DNA of 63,156 bases from an uncultured virus (IMG/VR IMGVR_UViG_3300046331_000190) (lineage: Duplodnaviria; Heunggongvirae; Uroviricota; Caudoviricetes): IMG/VR virus record IMGVR_UViG_3300046331_000190; one strand, 5' to 3'. A model generated the notes under the pieces. The model made no database searches. It saw nothing but the letters and a program-made list of their open reading frames with translations, and had not been told where the DNA came from. A program made the translations under genes and the position numbers. Every line of letters begins with the position of its first letter. The first letter of the stretch is position 1. This document shows, one piece after another, positions 39,023-49,610 of the stretch.

Positions 39023-40642
39023 TTAGAATGATCCGCCAGTAACAGGGTTACGCATCACAATCTTCAATACCTTAGTTGGGTCTTTAACCCAGATTGCTGG
39101 CATTGTTTGTGACATGAACACACGGTATCCGTTGAACTGTCCAGATGACTGGAAGCCTTGAGAACGACCCATGTAATCCATTGTACCGTTTTGGTAGAAC
39201 CACTTCAATTGATTATCCCAAGATAACTTCAATAAGTAGATGTTATCGTTAGTGTTATCAGTGATATCAAAGATAACGAAGTTGTAAGAAGATAATGGGA
39301 AACCATCGATGATAGGGTTCTCAATATCGTTTGTGTGTACGTTATCAAACGCAGGGTTTAATACAAACTTAACGTTAGCTAAGAATGGAATAACGTATTG
39401 AGTATACGCAAAACCGAAATTTAAGTCCATTCCTTTACCAGTGATAGCACCAACCTCAGAAGCATTGATTACTAAGCCAGAGTTGATCGCCTCTTTCTTA
39501 ATAGCTTCGTTGATTAACTTCATACCACCCATACCTGTTTGAACAACTAATTCACGACGAGGATCTGGTCCCTGGAACTCAACCTTACCATTGAAGAAGT
39601 TGAAGATCTCAGATTTGAACAAGTCTAAGTTGAATGAACCTTTGTTGTAGATACGCTTGTAAGAGTTATCTAACTGCTTCCAAAGACCAACTGATAAACG
39701 AATATCATCTGGACCATCTTGCTTAACGCGACCACCTTGTCCCCACATTAAGTAAGACTCAATGTCAGTAGAGATTTTAGATAAGTGAGCAGCTTCTAAA
39801 GTTGTTAAGAATGTACGAGTCAATTGACCTGATTCGTATGCTTTCTTAACATAGTCCTTACCCATTTTGTTAGCTAAACCTTGTAAGTCTGTAACCGCAG
39901 GATCGATAGACTTATCAAATGAACGCCATAACTCAACAACTGGTACAGTACCATCTGCTTTCATTCCACCTTTCATCATCAAATCAGCACGAGATGATAC
40001 AGAATAGTGAACGTGTGCTTCAGCACCACCAACGTAGTTATAGAACTCACGGTGTCCAGCATTAACTTGACCTAAGTCAGAGAAACGCTCACCATACTCT
40101 CCACGTGCAGAACCTTTACGGAAGATCTTTGTTCCTTGCTTTACATACTTGTTGTCTAAGAACTTCAAGTTGTCGTTGTTTACTAACTGAACTGTGTAGA
40201 TGAAACCGTCACCTGCAGGGATAATATCATCTGCTGTTACGTACATCTCAGCTCCGTTGTACTTGTCATAAGTGATGATATCACCATGACCGAACTGACG
40301 CTTGTTCAATTTGATCTTGAACGACTGTCCGTCAATACCTTTTGTAGCATTTGCAGATTCAATATCTTCTAAGATATAAGGAAGATCTTGAGCTACAGGG
40401 ATTTGCCACTTGTACTCACCACGAGAGTTATCAACGTTGATAACGTTTTTACCTCCGAAAGAAGACATCTGGTACAAAGGCATTTCTACCTTTTGTGCCA
40501 TTGCCCACAAATCCACTGGACCTAAGTCCATTGGCTCTGAGCTCTTAAGAAGGTTTGATAAGTGGTATGAATCAACGTGAGATGAAGCTGCATAGCTCGT
40601 ATCACGCAAAAATATACCATTATTCAAAACTGGAGTTGCCAT
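39023..40642 (-). CDS. Major capsid protein (crAss-like)
   Basis: 539 aa; EYKW, SARGEYGE, GLWKQL, TGMGG, F..NPAFD motifs; portal-scaffold-capsid order; strong codon bias. Confidence 0.85.
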   Translation of the reverse strand: MATPVLNNGIFLRDTSYAASSHVDSYHLSNLLKSSEPMDLGPVDLWAMAQKVEMPLYQMSSFGGKNVINVDNSRGEYKWQIPVAQDLPYILEDIESANATKGIDGQSFKIKLNKRQFGHGDIITYDKYNGAEMYVTADDIIPAGDGFIYTVQLVNNDNLKFLDNKYVKQGTKIFRKGSARGEYGERFSDLGQVNAGHREFYNYVGGAEAHVHYSVSSRADLMMKGGMKADGTVPVVELWRSFDKSIDPAVTDLQGLANKMGKDYVKKAYESGQLTRTFLTTLEAAHLSKISTDIESYLMWGQGGRVKQDGPDDIRLSVGLWKQLDNSYKRIYNKGSFNLDLFKSEIFNFFNGKVEFQGPDPRRELVVQTGMGGMKLINEAIKKEAINSGLVINASEVGAITGKGMDLNFGFAYTQYVIPFLANVKFVLNPAFDNVHTNDIENPIIDGFPLSSYNFVIFDITDNTNDNIYLLKLSWDNQLKWFYQNGTMDYMGRSQGFQSSGQFNGYRVFMSQTMPAIWVKDPTKVLKIVMRNPVTGGSF

Positions 40643-40685
40643 AATGTTTTATTTTTGTTAAAGGGTTATAATATAATCGTTTTGT

Positions 40686-41939
40686 TTAACGCTGGAATAT
40701 GTTTGTTGGACGAGGGGCTTTTCTTACAGAAGGACGTTTGTCTTCTTCTTCAGCATAGCTTGATCCAACTTTTCTTGACTGTTCAGTTTTTAACTGACGC
40801 ACAGTCTGTTCAACGGCTTGGTTCTTTGCATTCTTTGCAATGTTTTGACGATACGCTTCAGGATCTGAAAGTAACCACAATGCTTCTGCAACTAACGGGT
40901 AGTTTGGCTCAACAAACTGAAACTTCTCTAAAAGGTGTCCTAACTGATTTGTTGGACGTCCTGATATTGACGGATAGTTTGGTTGTACTAAACCTGCATA
41001 CAAAGATGCTTGTGTTTTCTTGTCTAACTTAAGACCATTGATCTCAGCTGGACGTAAAGCTTCAAACACATTCTCCATGTAAGCTTCTGCCGCTTGTTTT
41101 TGTTGACGATTGCGAGATTCTTGTTCAGCTAATTGAGACTGAACGATCTCTGCTTGCATGCTATCTAACTTAGGTTTAAACTGCTTTGCTTTCTTTTCAA
41201 GCACACCTAAGTCTTTCCATGTCGTCAACTCTTCTTCTATTTCTTCTGTATCACCAAAGTTTGTTGCTTGTAAGTATGAACGAACGATAGACTCTTGATC
41301 ATTCTCATCTGTAGGATTAAGTTCACGAACTTGTTCTACTTGAGCTAAGGCTTGAAATAAACCTTTAAGATCTTGTCCTCCATCAGCAACATACTTTGCT
41401 GCAACTTGTAACTCTTCTGGTAAAGACTCAAAAAACTCTTGAGGAGTATTTGAAGCAACTTCGTTCTTTAAGTTATCGATGTTTGCTTGCCATAACTCTT
41501 CGTAGTCTTTTTCGGCTAACGTACCTAAGTAATCATCAAGAGTTTGTTTTGACTCATCAAAGTCATCAAATGCAAACATCTCTTTTGACTCGATACGTTT
41601 CTTGAAGAAATCAACTAAGCCAGACTTTTCTGTCTTAGGTCGACCACCTTTGTTTGGTTTTTGATCTTCATCATCTGCTGGCTCATCACCAAGCTGATTA
41701 AATAGTTCATCAACCTTTATAGGTTCGTCTTTTTTGTCATCACCGTTATCCGGATCATCTGACGTGTCATCATCTTTCTTATCAATAAAAGAAAGATCTG
41801 TTTTGTCTTGACTAAACATTGATGGCTTTGCAGACTCAGCAGAAGCAGGTGTAATAATACTATCTGCTCCTGGGGCTGATAACCAGCTATCAATATCCAA
41901 GTCTACTGTACCAGTAGTTGGTTCGTTATTTGTTGACAT
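40686..41939 (-). CDS. Putative scaffolding protein
   Basis: Highly acidic N-terminus, coiled-coil C-terminus, between portal and major capsid gene. Confidence 0.55.
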   Translation of the reverse strand: MSTNNEPTTGTVDLDIDSWLSAPGADSIITPASAESAKPSMFSQDKTDLSFIDKKDDDTSDDPDNGDDKKDEPIKVDELFNQLGDEPADDEDQKPNKGGRPKTEKSGLVDFFKKRIESKEMFAFDDFDESKQTLDDYLGTLAEKDYEELWQANIDNLKNEVASNTPQEFFESLPEELQVAAKYVADGGQDLKGLFQALAQVEQVRELNPTDENDQESIVRSYLQATNFGDTEEIEEELTTWKDLGVLEKKAKQFKPKLDSMQAEIVQSQLAEQESRNRQQKQAAEAYMENVFEALRPAEINGLKLDKKTQASLYAGLVQPNYPSISGRPTNQLGHLLEKFQFVEPNYPLVAEALWLLSDPEAYRQNIAKNAKNQAVEQTVRQLKTEQSRKVGSSYAEEEDKRPSVRKAPRPTNIFQR

Positions 41940-41974
41940 ATGTTGGTTGGTTTATTTTCTGTATCTCTACAATT

Positions 41975-41984
41975 ATAATATACA
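41975..41984 (-). promoter_or_regulatory. Putative phage promoter for scaffold/capsid genes
   Basis: TGTATATTAT-AATT-GTAGA. Confidence 0.6.
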
Positions 41985-42052
41985 TAATATTATCAGATAA
42001 ACTTCTGATGTGTACTATGTATTTATCTTACCCTAGGATTATATCGCTATGG

Positions 42053-44791
42053 TTAATCTTTCTTTTTCGGCTCATCATACTTATTTTTGTTTTCACGTGC
42101 AATCTGAAGGGCTGTATCTATTTTTTCACGCTCTACACCTATTTTTTCACGCTCTAGAGATAACTGATCTTGATTCTTACGAGTCTTGTTAATTTCTTGC
42201 TCGCGTTTAAAGCTCATTTGCTCGTTGTATTGATCTTGAGATCTTATATCTTTTAAAGCATCTTGATAGTCAGACTGCATATTTTGATTGATATCAAATC
42301 CAGATCCTCTACCAGCAGCATTAATCTCTGCTACTGTAATATCTTTCTGAACCATTTTATCATCACGCTCAGATTGAGCTTGAATCTCCATCTGTTTAGC
42401 TTTTTCAGCAGCAGCTAGTTGTTCTTGTTGCATCTGTTGTTGAGCTTGTTGCTCTTGCTGCTTCATTTGAGTAACCTTGTTCTCAGCCTCTTTTAATACT
42501 CCAGTTAACTCTGCGATCGATTCAGACTTAATAATGTTTCCTAGGTCATATATCGAAGCCCCAGTAGTATTATTATTTAAAGCTAACTGCTTTAACTGAT
42601 CCATTATTTGACGTTGATTAGTCTTTGTTGTACAAAAGATATTCAACTCACGTAATAATAAATCTGTACCGTTCATCTGGAAGTTAACGCGCTCATCTGT
42701 TGATGTAATATATTGTAATCTAACAGATGGTTTCTTTGAGTGATAGTACTGAGCTAAGTCAGTTCTCATCTCATGAACACGTGGCATTAAGTAATCACTA
42801 TGTTGAGTAAAGTAAACTTCAGTCTGTGCATAAGATGCATTAACAGCTTGCTCAATACCTGTCGCAGTTTGTTGTGAAATCTGCTGACCCATACGTTGAG
42901 GATTAATACCAATCGTTTCAAACGCTTGATTCTTAAAGTGATTAGCTAACTGAATACGTGACATTAAACGATTTGTCTGCTCAAGATTAAGAACCTGATA
43001 ATGCTGGAAAGATAAAGGATTCTCAGTATTTGTAATCGTTGTATCCAACGGTAACATCTGGAAGTTCTTCATTGCAACGTATGCTTTCTCAAGGTTATTC
43101 TTACCCCAATCTTCACCCATCGAGTGACGCGGTAAAGCATTTTGATCAAACATAATCACTGTTCCTAGTTCATCAACTAAGATATCTGCTATCTGATTGT
43201 TAACAATATTGTATCCAATCTGATAAGGTTTCATCATATCAACAAGAGATGTTGATCGTGTGTTTCTATCACCAAATACAGACCCTTCAACAGGTAACTT
43301 GCATCCATAAAGAGTAGAGTCACCTTTGAACTGGAATGGAAGACGTGATGGTTTACCACCATTCAATCCCATGTAAATAGGATTAAGACCTCCTGGATTA
43401 TTCATGCCCCAGAATGCAGGACGATTAGGTCCAATTTTAATACCACCCCATGTTTCGTTAATCCAGATCCAATCAAGATGCTCACCAAAGATCAAGTTTT
43501 CTTTTGTCTTGTTCTTTACAGTTGATGTATTATATAGAGGCTTTTCTGTAATCTTATAAGATTCATCAACAATATCTTGAATCATCTCACCTTCTTCAGT
43601 AATCTTTACTAAGTGACCAAGTTTACGTTGTGACTTCCAATAGATAGTTGATACACGTAATAAGTGTGTCTTACCAAAATCAACAGTATCTTCTGAATCT
43701 GCTAAGATCCACTCAACTATATCTCCTGTACCAAACTGTGAATCATATTGAGATGTAAACTGGCGATAAGCTAAAGATGGCATCTGTGTATTCCACTCAT
43801 GTGAGCGAGTACCATCATAGTATGATCCATCATTTTGTTGACCACCAATAGCATAACCAGCAGCACGAACAGGATATAAAGTCTCAAGAGACTCCATCTG
43901 ATCTGCTGTCATCATCCAACCAAACTTATCAATAACATCTGATACAGACATTAAATCAATCTTACCTACCCAGTTACCTTGTGATACGTAACGAACATCT
44001 GGAGATTTATGATAGAAAGTAAGCAATGGGTTCCATAACTCCACTTCATAATCATCTTCTCTCATCTGGAAGTGCCAGAACTCACGGTCAGTAATTAAAC
44101 TATCTCTAAAAGCACGCTCTTCAAGCTCTTGCATTTTAAAGCGTTCAACATCAACCATCATTTGATGGGATGCCCACTGTTCAATCATTGAACGATAATC
44201 TTTTCTAAAGAAGTCTTCAATACCAGGAAGAGTCATTAAGTTTTCTCTACTTAGTTGTTGCTGACTTTCTTCTGACTCCATATCAACTCCCATGTTAACC
44301 ATCTCCATGCGAATCTTTTGCTCAGCTTGCTGTAGTAATACTTTTTCTACCATTGCACGCTTTTCTTCTAACATCTCATTATGAGAGATGTCATCAACAG
44401 CACGGAAAGTTATTTTGTTAACACGCTTTGCAAACTCTGAACAGAGTACGTTTATAACATTTGGGATGATAGGATAAAACTTTAACTCTAAAGCTGTTTG
44501 ATCCTCTTGAGTTAACATATCAACAATGTCAGACATGTCATTACCATCTTCAACGATGTAATCTGTCTTGTCAATGATACCTTTTGCAAGCTTATAGTTT
44601 TTCATCAATCTACGCGAGTTTCTGCGTAGTTGTTTCATTCCCTGGAACTCGAGCCAGTCTAAGTTATGAGCTTTCCACTCATCGTCTTTATCTTTTGCGG
44701 GTATAAACTGAATAGGCTGGGTTAACGTACCCATCTTGTTATTTTCAGTCTTCTTACCTGCCTTGGCGTCAAGGGCATTTATAATCTGCAT
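42053..44791 (-). CDS. Portal protein
   Basis: 912 aa; FYPIIPNVINVL..E, SLVDMMKPYQ..YN motifs; Q-rich coiled-coil tail; downstream of terminase. Confidence 0.85.
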   Translation of the reverse strand: MQIINALDAKAGKKTENNKMGTLTQPIQFIPAKDKDDEWKAHNLDWLEFQGMKQLRRNSRRLMKNYKLAKGIIDKTDYIVEDGNDMSDIVDMLTQEDQTALELKFYPIIPNVINVLCSEFAKRVNKITFRAVDDISHNEMLEEKRAMVEKVLLQQAEQKIRMEMVNMGVDMESEESQQQLSRENLMTLPGIEDFFRKDYRSMIEQWASHQMMVDVERFKMQELEERAFRDSLITDREFWHFQMREDDYEVELWNPLLTFYHKSPDVRYVSQGNWVGKIDLMSVSDVIDKFGWMMTADQMESLETLYPVRAAGYAIGGQQNDGSYYDGTRSHEWNTQMPSLAYRQFTSQYDSQFGTGDIVEWILADSEDTVDFGKTHLLRVSTIYWKSQRKLGHLVKITEEGEMIQDIVDESYKITEKPLYNTSTVKNKTKENLIFGEHLDWIWINETWGGIKIGPNRPAFWGMNNPGGLNPIYMGLNGGKPSRLPFQFKGDSTLYGCKLPVEGSVFGDRNTRSTSLVDMMKPYQIGYNIVNNQIADILVDELGTVIMFDQNALPRHSMGEDWGKNNLEKAYVAMKNFQMLPLDTTITNTENPLSFQHYQVLNLEQTNRLMSRIQLANHFKNQAFETIGINPQRMGQQISQQTATGIEQAVNASYAQTEVYFTQHSDYLMPRVHEMRTDLAQYYHSKKPSVRLQYITSTDERVNFQMNGTDLLLRELNIFCTTKTNQRQIMDQLKQLALNNNTTGASIYDLGNIIKSESIAELTGVLKEAENKVTQMKQQEQQAQQQMQQEQLAAAEKAKQMEIQAQSERDDKMVQKDITVAEINAAGRGSGFDINQNMQSDYQDALKDIRSQDQYNEQMSFKREQEINKTRKNQDQLSLEREKIGVEREKIDTALQIARENKNKYDEPKKKD

Positions 44792-44802
44792 CTTTGAACT
44801 GT

Positions 44803-45198
44803 TTATTCTTGTGAATCTACTTTCTGTAGATAATCTTGTAATATCTCGTCTGTTGTCATTTTACCACTTAGATCTCCTCCGTTAATACGTTGAGATAAAG
44901 TAGAAACTACTCCTGTAGTATCAGTATATGTTGCTGATCCAAAACCATTACCAGAAACATATGGACTAGTATGTGGTGCAGTTGTATAAAAATAAGGACT
45001 TGTACTTGGTAGTAGTGGAATAGGACTTCTAACACCTGGTGGGTATTGTATAGAAGGATTATTTTGTACCACTGGTTCCTCAGTATTTGATAATAAAAGT
45101 AATGCCTCTGTTAGATTTATTACTTTTTCGTCAATAAGCCTTGATAACAACTCAATCTTATCTTTATGCTTTTGTTGCTGACTTGTTAGTTTTTCCAT
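44803..45198 (-). CDS. Hypothetical protein
   Basis: 131-aa ORF in operon; Pro/Ser/Thr-rich middle. Confidence 0.5.
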   Translation of the reverse strand: MEKLTSQQQKHKDKIELLSRLIDEKVINLTEALLLLSNTEEPVVQNNPSIQYPPGVRSPIPLLPSTSPYFYTTAPHTSPYVSGNGFGSATYTDTTGVVSTLSQRINGGDLSGKMTTDEILQDYLQKVDSQE

Positions 45199-45907
45199 GG
45201 TTTATAGTTTCTTCTAGTTCCTCGTATTTTAATAACATAGACTCAACAACTGGATGTCTGTGATTTGTCTTTAAAGTAAATGAATCAGCATCCTTTACTT
45301 TATTTGCAACAGATAGTAAAAACTTAAACCCGCTTTCGTTTCTATATTTTAAGTCAACCTGTGCTGTATCTCCACATATAACCATCTTTGATCTAAGACC
45401 AAGTCTGGATATGATCATAATCATGTTTTCGTTTGTACAGTTTTGAGCTTCGTCAACAATAACAAACGTATCCAAGAATGTACGACCTCTCATAAAAGCA
45501 AGCGGTACAATCTCTAACTGATCTTTAAGAACAGAATCTATCTTGTCTTTATTGTACAACTGGTACAAGTTAGCATAGATAGGTTGCATCCATGGTTCCA
45601 TCTTTTCCTTTAAGTCGCCTGGTAAAAAGCCTATCTCTTCTTTTGAGACAGTTGGTCGTGTAATCACGATCTTCTTTACCTGTTTCTTAAATAACATATC
45701 AAGAGCTACCTGACAAGCTAATAAAGTTTTACCACTTCCTGCTGCTCCTGATAATACAGTAACCGCATTCTGTAGTATTATTTCTTTTGCTTGCTTCTGC
45801 TCCTCATTCAACTGTAGCTGAAAGTTAACTGGACGTTTCTTTTCAGCCTTTTGCTCTTGGATTGTCTTCGTTATTTCAGCATGACGCTCCGATCGGTTTT
45901 GAGCCAT
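45164..45907 (-). CDS. phoH: PhoH-family ATPase
   Basis: GAAGSGKT, ITRP, GFLPGDL.EKM.PW, FMRGRT, DEAQN, GD..Q.D, RHP motifs. Confidence 0.95.
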   Translation of the reverse strand: MAQNRSERHAEITKTIQEQKAEKKRPVNFQLQLNEEQKQAKEIILQNAVTVLSGAAGSGKTLLACQVALDMLFKKQVKKIVITRPTVSKEEIGFLPGDLKEKMEPWMQPIYANLYQLYNKDKIDSVLKDQLEIVPLAFMRGRTFLDTFVIVDEAQNCTNENMIMIISRLGLRSKMVICGDTAQVDLKYRNESGFKFLLSVANKVKDADSFTLKTNHRHPVVESMLLKYEELEETINHGKTNKSATKA

Positions 45908-45912
45908 AAAAC

Positions 45913-48123
45913 TTATTTTATGTTTCTGAATGGGTTTCTTGGCTTACGCATAGTTGTTGAACTACCGTTGCCACCTCCAATATGTCTAAAAGGAGATCTC
46001 ATAGTTAATTTACTCATTTTTTGCGAGTTCTGCAACTTATCGTCCTCGACTTCAACACGTTTTGACATACCTCTGTTTGACTCTTGCACCTTAACAAAAG
46101 ATACTAAAGCACAGAAAGTTACTAGTCTATCGACGTTAAGCCCTGGTTGGTAAGCTAACATCTCTTTTAGAATCATTGGATCTGGTATTCTTTCAACACC
46201 AAATGTTACGCTAGTAATATCTCCGTTATCATTTACCTCTGAATCAATCTCCTCTTTTACAAACTCAACGCCGTAAGATAACATGTGACTCTTAAAGATA
46301 GTACCAGTATTCTTCCAGCCGTACTCTTGGAATACAGATTTGTTTGCACCAATATCTTTCAAGAATAATATCATGTCTTTTGGTACAAGATACTTCTGCT
46401 TTCTCTTACTAATCATGTGCTGAATAAAGTGTGAGATGTTATTCTCACAGATTGTCCATGCATTATAGTACTCGATAAGCAGTTCTAATCGCTCGTGTGT
46501 TTTATTTATATCATCAAAACGTCCACACCAACTAGCAACAATAGTTCCTGGCTCTACATAGTTTGACATTGAACCAGACTGATCAATCTTTGATATCTCA
46601 ACCGAGTTCTTGTAGATTATGATAGAGCACAATGAGTCAGATGTTGTTGTCTTTCCTTCACCAACGGGGTCAATAGAACCATAATATGTACCCCATGAAG
46701 CATTCTTCATTGGTCTTTCCCAGATACAAACAACGGCTTCTTTATCTTCAGTCTTCTTTGATATTGGAAACTCCATGATTGGAAGCTTTCTTGACTCTTT
46801 TGCTTCTACTTTACCTTCAGCATTCCTAAACAACTCAACATACTCAACAGGATATTCTTTATCTGCGATACGTTGTAACTGCTTGGTAATCAAGTGTGTA
46901 GGGAACTTTGCTTCTTTTCTTGTTGCAAAAGCCTCCTCGATATTTCTTGGAGACTGTGATACTTCAAGCTGATAAGCCTCTGGTTCTAGTTCTCTCTTTG
47001 CTTTTTCAAAACGTTTCTCAAGAGCATCAAGAGCTTCTTTAACTAATGAGTTACCATAAGCATCAATGTACGGTGGCATTGACCACTGCTCTGGAATAAA
47101 CAAACCTGTTTTACCAATAGTCCCATCTTTATCTATAAGATTAGATGATACTGCATAGAACTCATTTGCTTCTGGATTTAGTACGTAGTTCTTTAGAGGT
47201 TCACACTGATCCAAGTCACCGACTGATCCTGCTGCAATAAACTGACCTGTTGTAATATCACCAGATCGTAAGGCAGGACGCATGAAACCATATGTATCGT
47301 CCATCTTTGGGGCAATACCAGCCTCTTCATGAAAGAAGTAAACAACTGGACCACCGACACCATTTGTTGGGTCTTTCTCAAAAGAGTATGACGTGATTGT
47401 TGATTTCAAACCTTTATAAGTATCACGACCATTTTGACGTACTTTAATACGCTGTTGCCATGCTCCTACCTTATCTGGTTCGTTTGGTCTATACCAAGCT
47501 GTATGCTCATTAAGAAAGTTTTTGTATTCGTCCAAGAACTTCCAAGAGCCTTTCTCGTTTATATAATCTTTTAAAGATGCACCAAGTTTTAATACAGCCC
47601 CTGATTCAAACCAGTATGTATTTATAAACTTACCCATGTGGTAATACGACGATGCTATCTGACGTTTCTTTAAGATTATTGCATGTCTATAATGCAACTC
47701 TGCAAGATGTTCATACAAAGCCATGTGATACTGGGCATCTCTAACCTTTGCAAAACCAAACTTTTTTTCTTCTTTATCGTAGATAGGTAAGAAGTTCAGC
47801 CACATGTAGTATTCTCTACATAGATACCAAACAAGATCTCCTGATCTGTAGATTACGCCATTTCTGCACTTATCTTTTTCAGTATCCCAATAGTAAACGA
47901 AGTCTGCTGACTTAAATGGAGCATCACAGTAGTATCCATTCTTGTTAAAGTTTGTTGCTTCTTGATTAAAGATATCACTAGTTTCATTGAACTGATACTC
48001 ACCAGGCTCTTTAAAGACAGAAAGGACAAACTCTACATACTCTTCTTTCGTTGAGAATATAGTGGTTGTCCAGCTTCCATCTACCCAAGTTGGTACTTCT
48101 TTATATAATGCTTGATTACTCAT
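45913..48123 (-). CDS. terL: Terminase large subunit
   Basis: KKRQIASSY Walker A variant, FFHEEAG Walker B, GSIDP..SDSL nuclease motif, ENN, NVDR. Confidence 0.9.
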   Translation of the reverse strand: MSNQALYKEVPTWVDGSWTTTIFSTKEEYVEFVLSVFKEPGEYQFNETSDIFNQEATNFNKNGYYCDAPFKSADFVYYWDTEKDKCRNGVIYRSGDLVWYLCREYYMWLNFLPIYDKEEKKFGFAKVRDAQYHMALYEHLAELHYRHAIILKKRQIASSYYHMGKFINTYWFESGAVLKLGASLKDYINEKGSWKFLDEYKNFLNEHTAWYRPNEPDKVGAWQQRIKVRQNGRDTYKGLKSTITSYSFEKDPTNGVGGPVVYFFHEEAGIAPKMDDTYGFMRPALRSGDITTGQFIAAGSVGDLDQCEPLKNYVLNPEANEFYAVSSNLIDKDGTIGKTGLFIPEQWSMPPYIDAYGNSLVKEALDALEKRFEKAKRELEPEAYQLEVSQSPRNIEEAFATRKEAKFPTHLITKQLQRIADKEYPVEYVELFRNAEGKVEAKESRKLPIMEFPISKKTEDKEAVVCIWERPMKNASWGTYYGSIDPVGEGKTTTSDSLCSIIIYKNSVEISKIDQSGSMSNYVEPGTIVASWCGRFDDINKTHERLELLIEYYNAWTICENNISHFIQHMISKRKQKYLVPKDMILFLKDIGANKSVFQEYGWKNTGTIFKSHMLSYGVEFVKEEIDSEVNDNGDITSVTFGVERIPDPMILKEMLAYQPGLNVDRLVTFCALVSFVKVQESNRGMSKRVEVEDDKLQNSQKMSKLTMRSPFRHIGGGNGSSTTMRKPRNPFRNIK

Positions 48124-48128
48124 AGTTA

Positions 48129-48317
48129 TTATTCATCAATACCTAAAGCATCAAGAAGATCACAAAGCTTACCCATCGTAATAATACGATCATCTTCTTT
48201 TGGATCATTGTTCCAATATTCTTGATACACTTCTCTTGGTATTGCATGCCAGAGTTTTGTATATTGATTATAATGTATCACATAGTTGTGACTATTAATC
48301 TTCTTTAGCATATCCAA
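48129..48317 (-). CDS. Hypothetical small protein
   Basis: 62 aa, fills the gap between thyX and terL (HYNQY.KLW.AIPR..Y..YWN). Confidence 0.55.
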   Translation of the reverse strand: MDMLKKINSHNYVIHYNQYTKLWHAIPREVYQEYWNNDPKEDDRIITMGKLCDLLDALGIDE

Positions 48318-49011
48318 ATGCAGTTAGTGAGTGTTTGAATGGTTCCCAAGGCAACTCCTGCACAATGGTTAACATTTGATTAGCTATATCTCTTATCTCA
48401 ACTTGTGCATGCTCGTCGTTTCTAAGCTTCTGAAATAACATAAAGCTTCTAAAGTTAAACATAACGTCAGCAGTAATCTGAGAGTTATATCCTTTGAAAA
48501 ATCTTGCAGATTCTTTTGCCCGTTTTCTTCCAAGTATAGGTGTTAAATCTTCTAAACAGTTGTGATACAAATAGTTACCTATCTCTGAGTAGTCTTGTAA
48601 TACACTAGCCCAAGTAGTTCCTTGTTTCCAAGATAACTCTCCGCCTTCATCATTGCCATTTGAATCTTCATCATGGATAAACAAAGGCTTTGAAAGTTTG
48701 ATATCAGCCCAGTCTTCTGGTACAAATATCTTATCTTCTTTTAGTTCTTTGTATCGAGCAGATTCCCCATTAACAGCAACACCAATACGGTGTTTAAGAA
48801 TGTGTATATGTGAGGCAATATCTGATGTAACCAGAAAGTGAAGGGATGATTTTTCAAACGGTGTGTGATGCCCTTCTTTTGCCAGCATATTAAGTAATGC
48901 AGGCATTCGATCTTTCTTTTCTTCAAAGTCTCTTGAAGTTGAGGTCCAAGCTGATAACGCATGCGTTTGATCGCCTCCATAAAATCCTATAAGTTCTACT
49001 GTATTATCCAT
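48295..49011 (-). CDS. thyX: FAD-dependent thymidylate synthase
   Basis: GHHTPFE, KHRIGVAVNGESARY (RHR..S.RY motif), KESAR, NFRS, HAQVEIR. Confidence 0.9.
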   Translation of the reverse strand: MDNTVELIGFYGGDQTHALSAWTSTSRDFEEKKDRMPALLNMLAKEGHHTPFEKSSLHFLVTSDIASHIHILKHRIGVAVNGESARYKELKEDKIFVPEDWADIKLSKPLFIHDEDSNGNDEGGELSWKQGTTWASVLQDYSEIGNYLYHNCLEDLTPILGRKRAKESARFFKGYNSQITADVMFNFRSFMLFQKLRNDEHAQVEIRDIANQMLTIVQELPWEPFKHSLTAFGYAKED

Positions 49012-49255
49012 TTGTTACTGGGGTCCAATCGTCTGCTAACATATCCGTTTGTGATGCCAACCAAGGTACTCTTGATTTTGGTGCGTCTGGATTTGTTGTA
49101 TCCAAACCTGTTGTATCAATGTAGATATACGGGGATGTCATCTTCGACTCCGCAGTTGGTAGTTGTAACTTAATAAAGATACCCTTACCATTCCATCCAG
49201 CTCTGGCCATCTTGTGACCATACTTTAGTTGCTCTAACGCTTCTCCAAATGTCAT
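49004..49255 (-). CDS. DUF2829 / Tad2-like anti-defence nucleotide sponge
   Basis: MTFGEALEQLK.G.KMARAGWNGKG.F..PWLASQTDMLADDW family signature. Confidence 0.85.
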   Translation of the reverse strand: MTFGEALEQLKYGHKMARAGWNGKGIFIKLQLPTAESKMTSPYIYIDTTGLDTTNPDAPKSRVPWLASQTDMLADDWTPVTNG

Positions 49256-49272
49256 TATCTTGTTGGTTTATA

Positions 49273-49557
49273 TTAGTACTGTAAAGTTAAAGTTTTAACT
49301 ACCATCATCTGTGCAGCAAGGATATCCATTAATGCACGTTTGGTCAAATCTTCTTTTAGAGAAGTTAATGTACCGTGTCGGTAGCTATCTAACTGCGAGT
49401 TATAAATTAAGTCTGCTAACTCAGCGCAAAGAGCTTTTGCTTTTGCAACCTTGTCATCACCTGATGGATTAAATGTTTTACCAACTAGTTTTTCTCCATG
49501 AGTTAATTCTGTTGGATGGGGAGTTGCTTCAAGATCAGTGTAGGTTTCTTGTGTCAT
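49273..49557 (-). CDS. Acb2/Tad1-like helical-hairpin protein (candidate anti-CBASS/anti-Thoeris sponge)
   Basis: GEKLVG.TFNPSGDDKVAKAK..CAELADLI..RA...I..AQMMVVK; the C-terminal A.M..VK helix resembles the Acb2 family. Confidence 0.6.
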   Translation of the reverse strand: MTQETYTDLEATPHPTELTHGEKLVGKTFNPSGDDKVAKAKALCAELADLIYNSQLDSYRHGTLTSLKEDLTKRALMDILAAQMMVVKTLTLQY

Positions 49558-49610
49558 TTTGGTTTGGTTTATACTATTATCAAAACTTGCAGTTTTTACA
49601 AGTTTTGCTG

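Noticed and set aside
45913..48123. Intein or intron in terminase
   Set aside because: Length and motif spacing are ordinary, and no splice-junction or homing endonuclease motifs are seen.
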